Shown here piece after piece: positions 21,385 to 34,194 of a stretch of 64,000 nucleotides of DNA. Origin of the DNA: Mobula hypostoma. Taxonomy: Eukaryota. Positions within the stretch are counted from its first letter, which is position 1, and each line of letters begins with the position of its first letter. The DNA lies in contig NC_086106.1 in assembly GCF_963921235.1 (NCBI RefSeq), forward strand, positions 17,422,001 through 17,486,000. The letters run 5' to 3'. A program made the translations under genes and the position numbers. The notes beneath the pieces are model-generated. The model was not told the DNA's origin. It saw nothing but the letters and a program-made list of their open reading frames with translations, and ran no database searches.

Positions 21385-24280
21385 CAGAATCAGGTTTAAC
21401 ATCACCGGCATATATCGTGAGATCTGTTAACTTTCAGCAGCAGCCCAATAATAATACAGAAAGAATAGTTCGATTACAGCAAGAATATAAATGTATATTA
21501 AATAGATTAAAACAGTGCAAAAACAGAGATAATATGTACTTTTTTTTAAAGTAAGGTATTATCATGGACTCCACGTCCATTTAAGAATCGGATGGCAGAG
21601 GGGAAGAAGCTATTTCTGAATCGCTGAGTGTGTGCCTTCAGGCTCCTGTACCTCCTTCCTGACCGTGAGAAGAGGGCATGTCCTGGGTGATGGGGGTCCT
21701 TAATGATATAACAGTGAGAAGAGGGCATGTCCTGGGTGGTGGGGGTCCTTAATGATGGACGCCGCCTTCCTAAGTCACCGCTCCTTGAAGATGTCTTGGA
21801 TACTATGGAGGCTGGTACTGTCGTGCTTTCTCGTTTCTCACAAACGACAAGGAGATGCACAAAATTCTTTAAGAAGTTTTAAACTCAAATTTGCAAATCA
21901 AAGCTGAGACAGTCAGTGAACTAGTCGCCGATTGTCCGCCGATCTTTGTACATCGCATTTTTATAGCAATTCTCCTATCTAGCTACATTATCATATCCAA
22001 TCGGCCTGTGATTACATATCATCAATATATCCGCTCTTGACTTTCCACTATTGTTTTACTCCCCAACTTAATTACGTCCTAGTTTACATTTTTAGAGCAT
22101 ATGTCTTCTCATCCCTAACCACAGTTATTTCTTAATTAGTCTTGCATCGACATACTGCCACAAATTTCATCAAGTTACCCGCCACCGTTATCTTTCTACT
22201 TGATTTCGTTCTAGTTCTCTCATGAATTAATAGTGAACAGGTCAAAAGTCATGGCTGCATAGTGAATACCTTCTAATGAGCTAACAGTGGTTACATAGTA
22301 AATACTGTAATACTGTAGAAAATACAATGTATGCACTTACATTTTCCAATAGTACCCATGATGGAGCTGACTAATTTTACCACTTTCTGTAGCTTCTTTT
22401 GGTCCTGTGTAGTAGCCACCACCCTCCCCGCCCTTTCCCGTACCAGACCATGATGCAGCCAGTCAGAATGTTCTCAACAGCACATTGGTATACATTTTCG
22501 AGTGTTTTAGGTGACAAACCAAATCTCTTCAAACTCCTAATGATAATCGATATGCTGGGACCAGGTCAGATCCTCAGAGATCTTGACACCCAGGAACTTG
22601 AAACTGCTCCCTCTCTCCACCTCTGAACTCTCTATGAGAACAGGTATGTGTTCTTTTGTCTTACCCTTCCTGAAGTCCACAATCAGCTTTTCCATCTTAC
22701 TGATGTTGAGTGAAAGGTTGTTGCTGTGACAACACTCCACTAGTTGGCAAATCTCGCTCCTGTACGCCCCCTCACCTCCATCTGAGATTCCACCAATAAT
22801 GGTTTATCATCAGCAAATTTATAGATGGTGTTTGAGCTATGCCCAGCCACACAGTCATGGGTATACAGAGAGTAGAGCAGTAGGCTAAGCACGCACCCCT
22901 GAGGTGCACCAGTGTTAATTGTCAGCGAGGAGGAGATATTGTCATCAATAACACAGACTGTGGTCTTCCAGTTAGGAAGTCGAGAATCAATTGCAGAGGG
23001 AGGTACAGAGGCCCAGCTTCTGTAGCTTATCATCAAGATTGTGGTAACGATGGTGTTGAATGCTGAGTTATAGTTGATGAACAGCATCCTGACAAAGGTG
23101 TTTGTGTTGTCCAGGTGGTCTCAGGCCGTGTGAAGAGCCATTAAGATTGCATCTGCCGTTGACCTATTGTGGCGATAGGCAAATTGCAGTGAGTCCAGAT
23201 CCTGGCTGAGGCAGGAGTTAGTCTAGTCATGACCAACCTCTCAAAGCATTTCATCACTGTCGATGTGAGTACTACTGGGCGATAGTCATTAAGGCAGCTC
23301 ACATGACTCTTCTTAGTCACTGGTATAATTGATGCCTTTTTGAAGCAAGTGGCAGTGAGAAGTTGAAAATGTCCTTGAATACTCCCGCCAGATGGTTGGC
23401 ACAAGATTTCAGAGCCTTACCAGCCTTATCAGGGCCTGCCACCTTGCAAATGTTCACCCTCCTGAAAGACAGTCTGACATCAGTCTCTGAGACAGAGATC
23501 ACAGGGTCACTGGGTGCAGCAGGGATCTTCACAGCTGTAGTTATATTCTCCCTTTCAAATCAGGCATAGAAGGCGTTGAGCTCATTTGGTAGTGAAGCAT
23601 CACTGCTATTCATGCTATTGGGTTTCACTTTGTTGGAAGTAATGTCTTGCCAACCCAGCCAGAATAGACGTGCATTCGATGTTGCCTCCAACCTTGTTCA
23701 GAATTCTCTCTTCACCCTTGAAATAGACCTCTGCAAGTCATACCTGGTTTTTTTGTACAGACCTGGGTCGGGAGACTTAAATACCACAAATCCAGCCTTC
23801 AGCAGATGATGCACCTCCTGGTTCATCCGTGGCTTTTGGTTTGGGAATGTACAGTAAGTCTTTGTAGGCACACACTCATCCAGACAGGTTTTAATGAAGT
23901 TGGTGACAACTGTGGCATACTCATCCAGATTCAAATATGAATCCCTGAATACGGTCCAGACCACCGATTCAAAGCAGTCCTGTAAGCACTCCTGTATTTC
24001 CCTGGTCCATACCTTCTTGGTCCTCACTACTGGTGCTGCAGTCTTCAGTCTCTGCCTATATTCAGGGAGTAGAAGTTCAGCCAGGTGATCAGACTTCCCA
24101 AAGTGTGGTTGTGGAATAGCACGGTAGGCATTCTTGATGGTGGTGTAACAGTGGTCCAGTGTGTTGTTTCCTCCGGTACTATAGATGATTTGTTGATGGT
24201 AATTATTTAGAGACTCTTTCAAGCTGGCCTGGTTAAAATCCCCCAAAATGATGGTGAAGGCGTCAGGGTGTGCCATTTCG
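21385..24280 (-). mobile_element. Rex1/Babar LINE (EN plus RT plus 3' tail), degenerate
   Basis: HPDAFTIILGDFNQA..LDHCYT..GKSDH; [23 protein letters not shown]; GAPQGCVLS...YKFADD; CAGAATCAG tail. Confidence 0.88.
21819..22351. mobile_element. Probable solo LTR inserted in the Rex1 copy
   Basis: 533-bp AT-rich insert starting TGT and ending ..AATA, flanked by a 4-bp duplication GTAC (21815 and 22352); the host sequence rejoins across it. Confidence 0.55.
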
Positions 24281-25069
24281 TGCTTCGATCCTGTGCAGTA
24301 GCTCTCCCCCTCCCCCTCCCCCCACCCACCCTCACCGGACAGTGATGCGGCCAGTCAGACTGCTCTCCACGGTACAGTTGTAGAAGTTTTGGAGTGTTTT
24401 GGTTGACAAACCAAATCTCCTCAAACTCCAAACTCAAACTCCGCTGTCTTGCCTTGTTTATAGCTGCATCGATATGCTAGGTCCAGATTAGACCCGCAGA
24501 GGTGTCGACACCCAGGACCTTGAAACTGCTCACTCTCTCTAATTCTGATCCCTCTATGAGGATCGGTTTGTGTTCCCTTGTCCTTCCCTTTGAGCTTGCG
24601 GGCTTTTGTAGCTTCTGCCTGATGGGAGGGAGGAGGGAGCAGGGAATTTCCAGTGGGTGGGGTATTTCTTTATGCTGGGTGTGGCCGTGATGGAGCAGGC
24701 TGTGTCCACAACCTTTCAACTCCTGTGTGTTGGGATTGTGTAAGGAGGCAGAGGTGCTGCCATACATCCCATAGACATTTGTCATGGAATTTGGTGGGGT
24801 GACAAACGCCGTTAAGCTTGTTGCTGTCAGGGATCAGGACAACACCCTGGATCATCATCTCAACGAGGCAAAAGTGTTGCGTGTTGGACTAAGGAAGGAG
24901 AAGGGTGAACACAAATCCATCCTCGCCATGGAACAGGGTTGGAGGTGGTCGACAGCTTGACGTAGCTTGTCACCTACATCACCAGCAGACTCTCCTGGTC
25001 TCCTCATGATCCTGCAGTTGATTGGCAGACGGCATTCCGATCAGCCTGCTAAGGAGGCTCCAATGGACA

Positions 25070-25345
25070 TACGAGGGGTGATTGATAAGTTTGTGGCCTA
25101 AGGCAGAAGGAGTCAATTTTAGAAAACCCAGCACATTTATTTTTCAACATAGTCCCCTCCTACATGTACACACTTAGTCCAGCGGTCGTGGAGCATACGG
25201 ATCCCTTCTTTGTAGAAGTGGTCCACAGCAGGGATGATTGATAAGTTTGTGGTCTAAGGTAGAAGGGGATGAGTTATACAGCTCTCATTATATGCATGTG
25301 CAGTTCAACTCTTTGAGTGAAAATGCAGAAAGTTTGAAGTTAATA
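25070..25345 (+). mobile_element. Mariner-like non-autonomous element (partial)
   Basis: Starts TACGAGGGGTGATTGATAAGTTTGTGG (mariner-type terminus); this block recurs as a direct repeat at ~25230. Confidence 0.55.
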
Positions 25346-25357
25346 ACCCATATCATG

Positions 25358-25530
25358 GGACAATTTACAATGATCAACTAGCCCACCAATCCTTAGACTG
25401 TGGGAGGACCCGCGGGAAGCCGACGCGGTCACAGGGAGAACGTGCAAACTCCTTATAGGCAGCGATGGGAATTGAACCCCGGTCGCCTGTACTGTAAACC
25501 ATTGTGCTGACCGCTACACTACCGTGCCAC
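25358..25530 (-). mobile_element. tRNA-derived V-SINE (HE1-like)
   Basis: Reverse strand has A box GGTAGTGTAGCGG, B box GGTTCAATTCC and V-domain GGAGTTTGCACGTTCTCCC. Confidence 0.7.
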
Positions 25531-25572
25531 AGTTATTTATATATATTATATAGTAATATGTATATATTAGTA

Positions 25573-25860
25573 TCATGAGACCATGGATTTGTGCCTTGGA
25601 AGGTTTCCAGGGCGCAGGCCAGGACAAGGTTGTATGGAAGACCGGCAGTTGCCCATGCTGCAAGTCTCCCCTCTCCATGCCACCGATGTTGTCCAAGGGA
25701 AGGGCACTAGGACCCATACAGCTTGGCACCAGTGTCGTCGCAGAGCAATGTGTGGTTAAGTGCCTTGCTCAAGGACACAACACGCTGCCTCGGCTGGGGC
25801 TCGAACTCACGACCTTCAGATCACTAGACCGATGCCTTAACCACTTGACCACGCACCACG
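25573..25860 (-). mobile_element. tRNA-derived SINE with CORE-like domain
   Basis: Reverse strand has A box TGGTCAAGTGG, B box GAGTTCGAGCC and GTGTCCTTGAGCAAGGCACTTAAC; sister copies at 54010 and 58000. Confidence 0.8.
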
Positions 25861-25954
25861 GTTATAACTTAGATAAATATTTATGACTTGCACTATATTG
25901 CCACCCTAAACAACAACTTCCATGACACATAAACGATGAACATGATTTTGTTAC

Positions 25955-26175
25955 AAACAACATACATCAAAGTTGCTGGTGAACGCAGCAGGCCAAGCAG
26001 CATCTGTAGGAAGAGGTGCAGTTGACGTTTCAGGCCTGAGTTAGTCCTGACGAAGGGTCTCGGCCTGAAACGTCGACTGCACCTCTTCCTACAGATGCTG
26101 CTTGGCCTGCTGCGTTCACCAGCAACTTTTATGTATGTTGCTTGAATTTCCAGCATCTGCAGAATTCCTGTTGTT
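25955..26175 (+). mobile_element. 221-bp fold-back Penelope-derived mini-element
   Basis: An inverted partial pLTR joined to a forward pLTR end; flanked by the 16-bp direct repeat AACATGATTTTGTTAC (25939 and 26176). Confidence 0.85.
26041..26079 (+). ncRNA. Minimal type-I hammerhead ribozyme, intact core
   Basis: TAGTC CTGACGA A GGGT-CTCG-GCCT GAAA CG TC GACTG: stem I TAGTC/GACTG, stem II with a tetraloop, palindromic ACGT stem III, GUC cleavage triplet. Confidence 0.8.
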
Positions 26176-26509
26176 AACATGATTTTGTTACTGGGATCCA
26201 CATAATCCATAGCATATTCACTTTCTTAGGCATCCGCAAGACTATCAGCCTCCAGGAACTGATCACCTCTTTTACTTCCCTCATTGTCCAACTACCACCC
26301 TCTTGATGCAAAAAGGCAAAGTCCATCATCTGAGTTCCCCCACTAATGGGGCCCTACCATGATTTCGCGACAATTTTCGGGCAGTAGGTACGGAAGCCTG
26401 CGGTCCCTTTCCCCTGGGTTCAGGAGCAGCTATTTCTCTTCAGTCATGAGGTTATTAAACCATCCAGTGATCCCTCGTCACCACCTCAGTAGAGCAACAG
26501 TGTGGTCTC

Positions 26510-28580
26510 TTCAAAGTTCAAAGTACATTTATTGTTCAAAGTAATTTATTATTCAAAGTTCAAAGTATATTTATTGTTCAAAGTTCGAATTAAATTTATT
26601 ATTAAAGTACATAAATGTCACCACATACAACCCTGAGGGTCATTTACTTGTGGGCATACTCAATAAATCCATACTAGAATAATAACCATAGTTAATGAAA
26701 GACCGCACTAACTTGCTCGTTCAACAACTCACCAAAAGACCACAAACTGTGCCAGTACAAGAAGAAAGAAAGAAATAATAATAATACATAAATAAGCAAT
26801 AAGTATCGAGAACATGGGATGAGGAGTCTTTGAAAGCGAGTCTGTAGGTTGTGGGAACAGTCCAGTGATGGTGCGAGTGAAATTATTCCCTCTGTTTCAA
26901 GAGCCTGATGTTTGAGGGATAGTTACTGTTCCTGAACCTGCTGGTGTGGGTCCTGAGGCTCCTGTTGGGGTGTTGGGGGTGGGTTCTCCGATGATGGATG
27001 CTACTTTCCTGCAACAGCACTCTGGTGTAGATGTGCTGAACGGTGGCGAGGCCTTTACCCGTGATGGGCTGGGCTGCATCCATTACATTTTGTGGGATTT
27101 GATGCAACCAGTCCATGCACCCCTCACTGCACATCTATGGAAGTTTGTCAAGTTTTAGATGTCATGCCAAGTCTTTGCAGACTCCTAAGGAAGTAGAGGT
27201 GCTACTGTGCTTTCTTCATAATTCCACTTAAGTGCTGGGCCCAGGACAGGTCCCCTGAAATAATAGCACCACCTCTCCGCCTCATCCTCCAATGAGGACT
27301 GGCGCATGGACCCCTCTGGTTTCCTCCTCCTGAAGTTAATAGGCAGCTCCGTGGTCTTGTTGAAATTCCCTTCGAAATGCTGGCTCGTCACCGCCTTTGA
27401 TTCGGCCTACAACAGCGGAGTCATCAGCAAACCCACGTATGGCATTGGAGCTGTGCGTAGCCTCACAGTCATAGTTATAAAGCGAGTCGAGCAGGGGGCC
27501 AAGCACACAGCCCTGTGGTGCGCCTGTGCTGGTGGAGACCATGGGGGAGACGTTGTTGCCAATCCCAACTGAATGTGTTCCGCAAGAGAGGAAATCCAGG
27601 ATACAGTTGCACAGGGAGGTATTGAGGCCAAGGTCTGGATGCTTATTGATTAGTTTCGAGGGGATGATGGTACTAAATGCTGAGCTGTAGTCGATAAAGA
27701 GCATCCTTTCTGTCCAGATGTTCCAGGGTTGACTGAAGAGCCAATGAGATTGTATCTGTTGTTGCACCAGTAGGCATATTGGAGCAGATTTAAGTTGCTT
27801 CTCAGGTAGAGCTGATATGCTTCATCTCCAATCTCTCAAAACAATTCATCACAGTGGATATGGACGATATACATTGAGGCAAAAGTTACCTCATTCTTCT
27901 GGGTCCCTCAGACTGCTGAAGCGGGAGGTTAAAGATCTCGGTGAACACTCCAGCCAGCCCATCAGCACAGGTCTTCAGTGCTTGGCCAGGTTCCCCATCT
28001 GGGCCGGACGCTCTCCTTGGGTTCACCCTGCCGGAGGCCGCTGTCACATCGGCCTCCGGGACCGGAATCGCAGCATCATCGGGGGCTGTGGGAGTCCGTG
28101 ATGGTTTCTCCATGTTCTCACGGTCAGAGTGAACTTAGAAGGCATTGAGCTCACCTGGAAGCAAAACCCCCTTGTCACCTATGTTGCTTATTTTCATTTT
28201 GTAAGAGGTGATATTCAAGTTCTGTCACAACCGTGGAGCATCCTTCATTGATTCAGGTTTAGTCCAGAGCTGCCACTTTGCCCGTGTGCTGGCTTTCTGA
28301 AGGTTGTCCCTGGACCCCCTGTAACTTTCACAGTCACCAGACTTGAATGCCTCTGATCTGGCCCTTAGAAAATTCTGGATCTCGTGCTCATCCAGGGCTT
28401 CTAGCTGGGGAAGACTCTGAATGATTTTGTGGGGACACACTTGTCTACAACTGTTTTTATAAAGTCTGTGACAACCCTGGTGTATGCTTTCAGATCCACA
28501 GATGAGTCCTTGAACACATCGACCCAGAGGAGACCAGCTGCTGTTCCTCTGCCTCTGTGATCAGCCTTTTGTCATCCAAA
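26510..28580 (-). mobile_element. Rex1/Babar LINE, degenerate
   Basis: LFIDYSSAFSTIIPSKL, GAPQGCVLGP, FADD and VNPRRASGPDG; repeated TTCAAAG tail. Confidence 0.82.
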
Positions 28581-28856
28581 GTTTCGTGTTGGGGCAAGTG
28601 AAGTTACTCATTCTGGTTCAAGGGCCTGATGGTTGAAGGGTAATAACTGTTCTTCAGCCTGGAGGTGTAGGACCTGAGGCTCCTGTACCTCCTCCCTGAT
28701 GGCAGAAGTGAGAAAAGAGCATGACGTGGATGGTGGGGGTCTTGATGACTTTGACATGAACTGAACAGGTGGAGCAGAAACGATGGAGCTGGTTATTACC
28801 CTGTGGTCCACACCATTGACACGCCCGCGACGGCTTGGTCACAGATGGTGGTGAGC

Positions 28857-30115
28857 ATAGTTCCCTCTAAGCTGAGCGTGTGTGCGCACACACGTTTTTC
28901 ACCCAGCGCACAAAGGAAATTAATGTGCACACAAAAGGTTAGTTACCTAAAATAATGTAGTAGTTAATAATTATACTTACTGAATATAATCTTTTAGCTA
29001 ACTGCTTCTGTTAACTAGTTAGTCAGTTTTTCAAATACCATAATGCACGTCACTAATTTACGTCACCTCACCGTTCCTGTTCCGGTTTGTACAGCTGCAT
29101 CACGACGGCAGCCATCTTTGGCGGACAGTGTTCATATCGTAAAGTTTACAAAGATCTGTTTCAAATCCTGTAGATAGCTTACTAAGTTTTTATTGAAAAG
29201 AACATTGATTCACTATGTCGAATTCAAAAGAAGCGAAGGGCGTGAAGCGCAAAAGAACTGCAAATTTGTTTAAAGTTGAATGGCTTAACAAAATAGTAGA
29301 AACTGCTACACCGAAAGCTCGTGAGGTCATGAACGTTCAGCTACGAGAAATACTTATGTACGATTCGGAAACTGGAGTTATCTGTTTATATTGATGTGAT
29401 GCGAAAGTTGCTGGAGAATTTGCTAGAGGAAAGAAGTGGGATGATATTTGGAAACTTGACTTTTTTGAAGCGTCATTTGGCAAGTAAATCGCATTTGGAC
29501 GGTGTACGAAAGCTCAGGCAATAGAACCCGTCATTACCCGTTACAGGAGTGCTACACATGTTACGGTTGAGTGCAGATGAGCGAGAGCAAAAACAATCAA
29601 ACCCAGAGGAGATCGAAGCTGAGGTACAAGAATGGTCAGCTTTTGATTTCTTCGCAAATGCAGATTGTGACTCCACTTTTGGCGATGAACCAGGTTAATG
29701 CCTTATACCTAAAATATCATGATTTTCTAACTGAAAATATTGTAATAGACAGTTTAATGATTTCAGATTTTCTGTGCAAGAAAAAATTAAATCCAAACCG
29801 ATTTCAAACTTTGCTCAAGTGGTGGCACTTGTACTTCAAAATGAGCAGTTTTGTGACCTTGCACAGTTGATGGACATTGGGGGAACATTTCTTGCGTCTA
29901 GTGCGGACTGTAAGCGAGGTTTTAGCCTAATGAATCAACTCAAAAACAAGCTGAGAAACCGTTTAGGTGAATGTCATTTGGATATGTTAATGAGAATCAA
30001 AAACTATCAATGGGATGGAAGTTCTATTAGTCTAGATAGAGTTTACAAAGAATGGGTAAATGCCAAAGACAGGAGAGAGAAAAAATAACTGAGTGACTTA
30101 AATATGATAAAAATT
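28857..30115 (+). mobile_element. Internally deleted hAT-family DNA transposon
   Basis: 5' terminus CATAGTTCCCTCTAAGCTG. A broken ORF from the ATG at 29215 (FKVEWL...ICLY*C...RHLASKSH) is followed by hAT C-terminal-like ASSADCKRGFSLMNQLKNKLRNRL (29774..30088). Confidence 0.75.
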
Positions 30116-30116
30116 A

Positions 30117-30588
30117 AAATCTCCAACCTGATGGCATGAACATTGACTTCTTTAACTTCCATTAATGCCCCTCCTCCCCTTCGTATCCCATCCCTTATTT
30201 GCTTGTTTACTTATTTATTTATTTATTATCATTATTATGACTTTCTTCTTTCCCTTTTTTTCTCTCCTTTTTCTCCCTCTGTGCCTCTCACTATACCCCT
30301 TGCCTATCCTCTGGGTTCCCCCTCCCCCTTTTCCTTCTCCCTGGGCCTCCTGTCCCATGATCCTCTCACATCCCTTTTGCCAATCACCTGTCCAGCTCCC
30401 GGCTCCATCCCTCCCCCTCCTGTCTTCTCCTATCATTTTGGATCTCCCCCTCCCCCTCCCACTTTCAAATCTCTTACTAGCTCTTCCTTCAGTTAGTCCT
30501 GAAGAAGGGTCTCGGCTCGAAACATCTTCCCTCTTCCCAGAGATGCTGCCTGGCCTGCTGCGTTCACCAGCAAATTTGATGTGTGTAT
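30117..30588 (+). mobile_element. Penelope-like 3' part with damaged hammerhead (30491-30526)
   Basis: LQPDGMNIDF coding end followed by pLTR; CTGAAGA...GAAACATC present, but the 3' arm of stem I is deleted. Confidence 0.78.
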
Positions 30589-30839
30589 TATTGATGCTTG
30601 TGTCCTTGTATTCCTTGTATAACCAAGGAATTAATACTTTACCAGAATGGGGAATGCGGGGAGATCTGATTGGTAGGTAGAAGGTGGAAAGAGCTAATAG
30701 CTTCCAACTTCTGGCCGACCTGTTGTGGGTCCATGAAGAAGACACGCCAATGCCTCTACTTTCTTGGAAGCTCAAGGAGATTAGACACATCACAGGCTTG
30801 GCACCACCCAGTACACGGCAGCCCACTTGATTGGTACCC

Positions 30840-31245
30840 CTTCCACAAGCATCCAATCCCCCCACCATCGACCAACAGTTGTAGCAGTGTGTACTGTCTA
30901 CAAGATGCACTGCAACAACACACCAAAGTTCCTAAGGCAGCACCTTCCAGACCCACGACCACTACCATCTAGAAGGACGAGAACAGTAGATACATGGGAA
31001 CACCACCTCATGGAAATCCCCCTCCAAGTCACTCACCATCCTGACTTGGAGGCATATCACCGTTCCTTCACTGTTGCTGGGTCAGAATCATGGAATTCCC
31101 TCTCTAACAGCGCTGTGAATGTACCTACACCTCAGGGACTGCAGCGGTTCAAGAAGGCAGCTCATCCCCATCTTCTCAAGAGCAATTAGGAATGGGCAAT
31201 AAATGCTGGCGTAGCTGGCAATGCCCACATCCCGTAAATGAATAA
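30840..31245 (+). mobile_element. LINE (CR1/L2-like) 3' end
   Basis: HRPTVVAVCTVYKMHC...SFTVAGSESWNSL...LQRFKKAAH, ending in an AATGAATAAA tail. Confidence 0.6.
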
Positions 31246-31734
31246 ATTTTAAAACACTTGAAACTTCTCTAACGAACTTCTACAGACGTGCTCTTGACAA
31301 ATTGCGTCTCGGTCCAGTCTGCCAATCATAACACAGGAACAGAAGTTAGTGGGCACAGTCTGCCCAATCCTAGGCTCATCCAGTGTAATGAAAGGCCCCT
31401 CCCACCAGGACATTCTCTTGTTCCCCCCCTCCAATCTCTCCCATCGGAATAAATGTACCACTAACCTTCTCCTCTGCTATTATAAGACTAATGGTTCCGT
31501 AGTTTAACACAATGGACTCTTGACCTCACTATCCACCATGTTATGACTTTGCAGCTTAGTCCGGCAAAGGACTTTCTTTATGAATCCTGTATTCTGTTAT
31601 CGCTGTTCAACTGTCCCACCTCAAAGCACAGTGTAATGACCTAATCCGTCTGAACAGTGCGCAAGCTCACCTCGGTCCTCGTGACAGTAATAAACCGATT
31701 CCAATACTGATTCAATAACTGGGTTCTTCAGTGT

Positions 31735-32500
31735 ATAATACTCAGAAATGCTGGAGGAACTCAGTAGGCAGCATCGATGGAAATGAACAAACAGTCGACG
31801 TTTCGGGCCGAGACTCGTACGGCCAGATCTGGGAACAGCTTCTTTCCAACTGTGATAAGACTGCTGAACGGATCCTGACCCGGATCTGGGCCGTACCCTC
31901 CAAATATCCGGACCTGCCTCTCGGTTTTTTTTTTGCACTACCTTACTTCCCTTTCTCTATTTTCTATTTATGATTTATAATTTAAATTTTTAATATTTAC
32001 TATCGATTTGTACTCCAGGGAGCGGGAAGAGCAGAATCAAATATCGCTGTGATGATTGTACGTTCTAGTATCAATTAGCGACAATAAAGTATAAAGCATA
32101 AAGACCCTTCTTCAGGACGGGAAAGGAGGGGAGGAAAGACACCAAAATAAAACGGGGGGGGGGAGAAAGGTGATAGGTGAAGCCAAAAGGGTGGGAAAGG
32201 TATGGGACTGGAGAAGAAGGAATCTGATCGGAGAAGAGAGAGGACTATGGAAGGAGATGAAGGAGGAGAGGCACCAGGGGGAGGTGATAGGCAATTAAGG
32301 AGAAGAGGTCTGAGGCCAGAGTGGGGAATGAAAGAAGAGGGAAGTGGGGGGGGGGGAGAGAAAAAATTACTGGAGGGGGAGATTGCCATTCATGCCAGGC
32401 CCAGAGGGAATATGAGGTGTTGCTCCTGCACGCTGAGAGTGGCCTCATCATGGCACGGGAGGAGGCCATGGATCGTCATGTCGGGATGGGAATTAAGGTG
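31735..32500 (-). mobile_element. Penelope-like remnant whose hammerhead is split by a ~285-bp insertion (31816-32101)
   Basis: CAGTCGACGTTTCGGGCCGAGAC | insert | AGACCCTTCTTCAGGAC. Confidence 0.7.
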
Positions 32501-34194
32501 GTTGGTCTGACTTTCAGTTTAAGGTGGCGCTGGTGAAGCTCGCTGACCACTTGCTGCCAACAAACAAAGCAAAGAAAACAACTAAATACTTTGTCACTTC
32601 ATGAATTACACTTTTCCTGCTGAACGATCACTGCAAACAATTGACTGTAGCTTGATGGAGTTGAGCTTTTGAATCGATCGGACAAACTGGCACTTTTGTG
32701 TGTGAACTGGGGTCGTGAAGCTGGAGGGTGGTGAGGCGAGGCGAGGCGAGGGAACGGGGAATGAGCTGGTGCTTGTCCATTGCTGGAGCGGATTTGGAGG
32801 CGATTCAATGCGGCAGAGTCAAGCCCGAGACTGAGAGGAGGAAAGACCCGAGGTCTGATTGATTTAGGCACCGAGCCGAATTGGAAAGGTCAGGTACAGG
32901 CCGAATCGAGGCGGCAGATCTCGGGCCAGGAGAGTATTGAAGTGGCAGGGCCCAGGTACGAGAGCGAGGAACGGCCAGAATTCGGACGATTTAAATGCCA
33001 GGCCAGATTGGAAAGATCAGGGTGTCGGGCCTGGTGGCGAGGGATGGACCGGTTCCGTGAGGTTCACTTGTCTCTGCGCTGAACTGACACTGTGGCCTGC
33101 AACTCACAGACTTCAGTGAACCCTCGCTCTGTTTGCTATTTGCTTACTTTTATTGGTTCCACGATTTCTTTTCTCTCCGCACGTTGGGTGTCCGACAGGC
33201 TTCTCTCGTCTTAATGGGTTCTACTGGGTTTCTCTGTCTTGTGGCTGTCAGTAAGCAGACAAATCTCAAGGTTGTACAAAGTATACACACTTTGTTAATA
33301 AATGCTCCTTGAACTTTGAACTCAGCAAAGAATCAGAATCAGGCTTACTATCTCCGGCGGACGTCGTGAAATTTGTTAACTTTGTGGCAGCAGTACAATG
33401 CAAAACACAGCATTTATATTTTTGATTCTTTTTTCTTTTAATTCGGTTCTTTCAGGCTTCTTGCTTTGTAAGCAAGCAAGTCTCAAGTTTGTATAATTTA
33501 TATATATATATATCAAATAAATTAATCAAATAGTGCAAGAAAAGGAATAAAACAGTAGTGAGGTAGTGTTCACGGGTTCAATCCCCATTCAGAAATAGGA
33601 CGTCAGTTTTTCAGTCTTGGTCTGTCTTGTGTTTCTGTGATATCATTCTGGAGGAACAATGTATCATTTCGTAACGCATGCATTACTAAATGACAATAAA
33701 AGAGGACTGCGTGTCCTCATAATCTAATCTAAGAGACTGTCCCAGAGTCGCTGAGTGTGTGCCTTCAGGCTTCTGTACCTCCTTCCTGATGGTGACAGTG
33801 AGAAGAGGGCATGTCCTGGGTGGTGGGGGTCCTTAATGATGGACGCCGCATTCCTGAGACACCACTGTTTGAAGATGTTCTGGATTCTACGGAGGCTGGG
33901 CTGAAGCTGGCCTCCCCCCACCCCCCAACACCTTATCAATATCAATGTCGAGGAGGCTGCACCGGGAGCACCGGATACGACAGACGACCTCCGACAGATT
34001 CGCAGGTGAAGTCTGGCCTCAGTCTGGGGCTCTGAATGGAGGTGAATGGGCAGGTGCAGCGACCAGGGGGATTAGTGGGGAGGGTCGGCTGGGAGAGGGA
34101 CTGAGGGAATGAGGGAGAGGGAGAGATGCACAAAGCGGAGAGTGGGGAACGAGTGAAGATGCGTTCGTTGGGAGGATCCTTTTGAAGATGGCCG

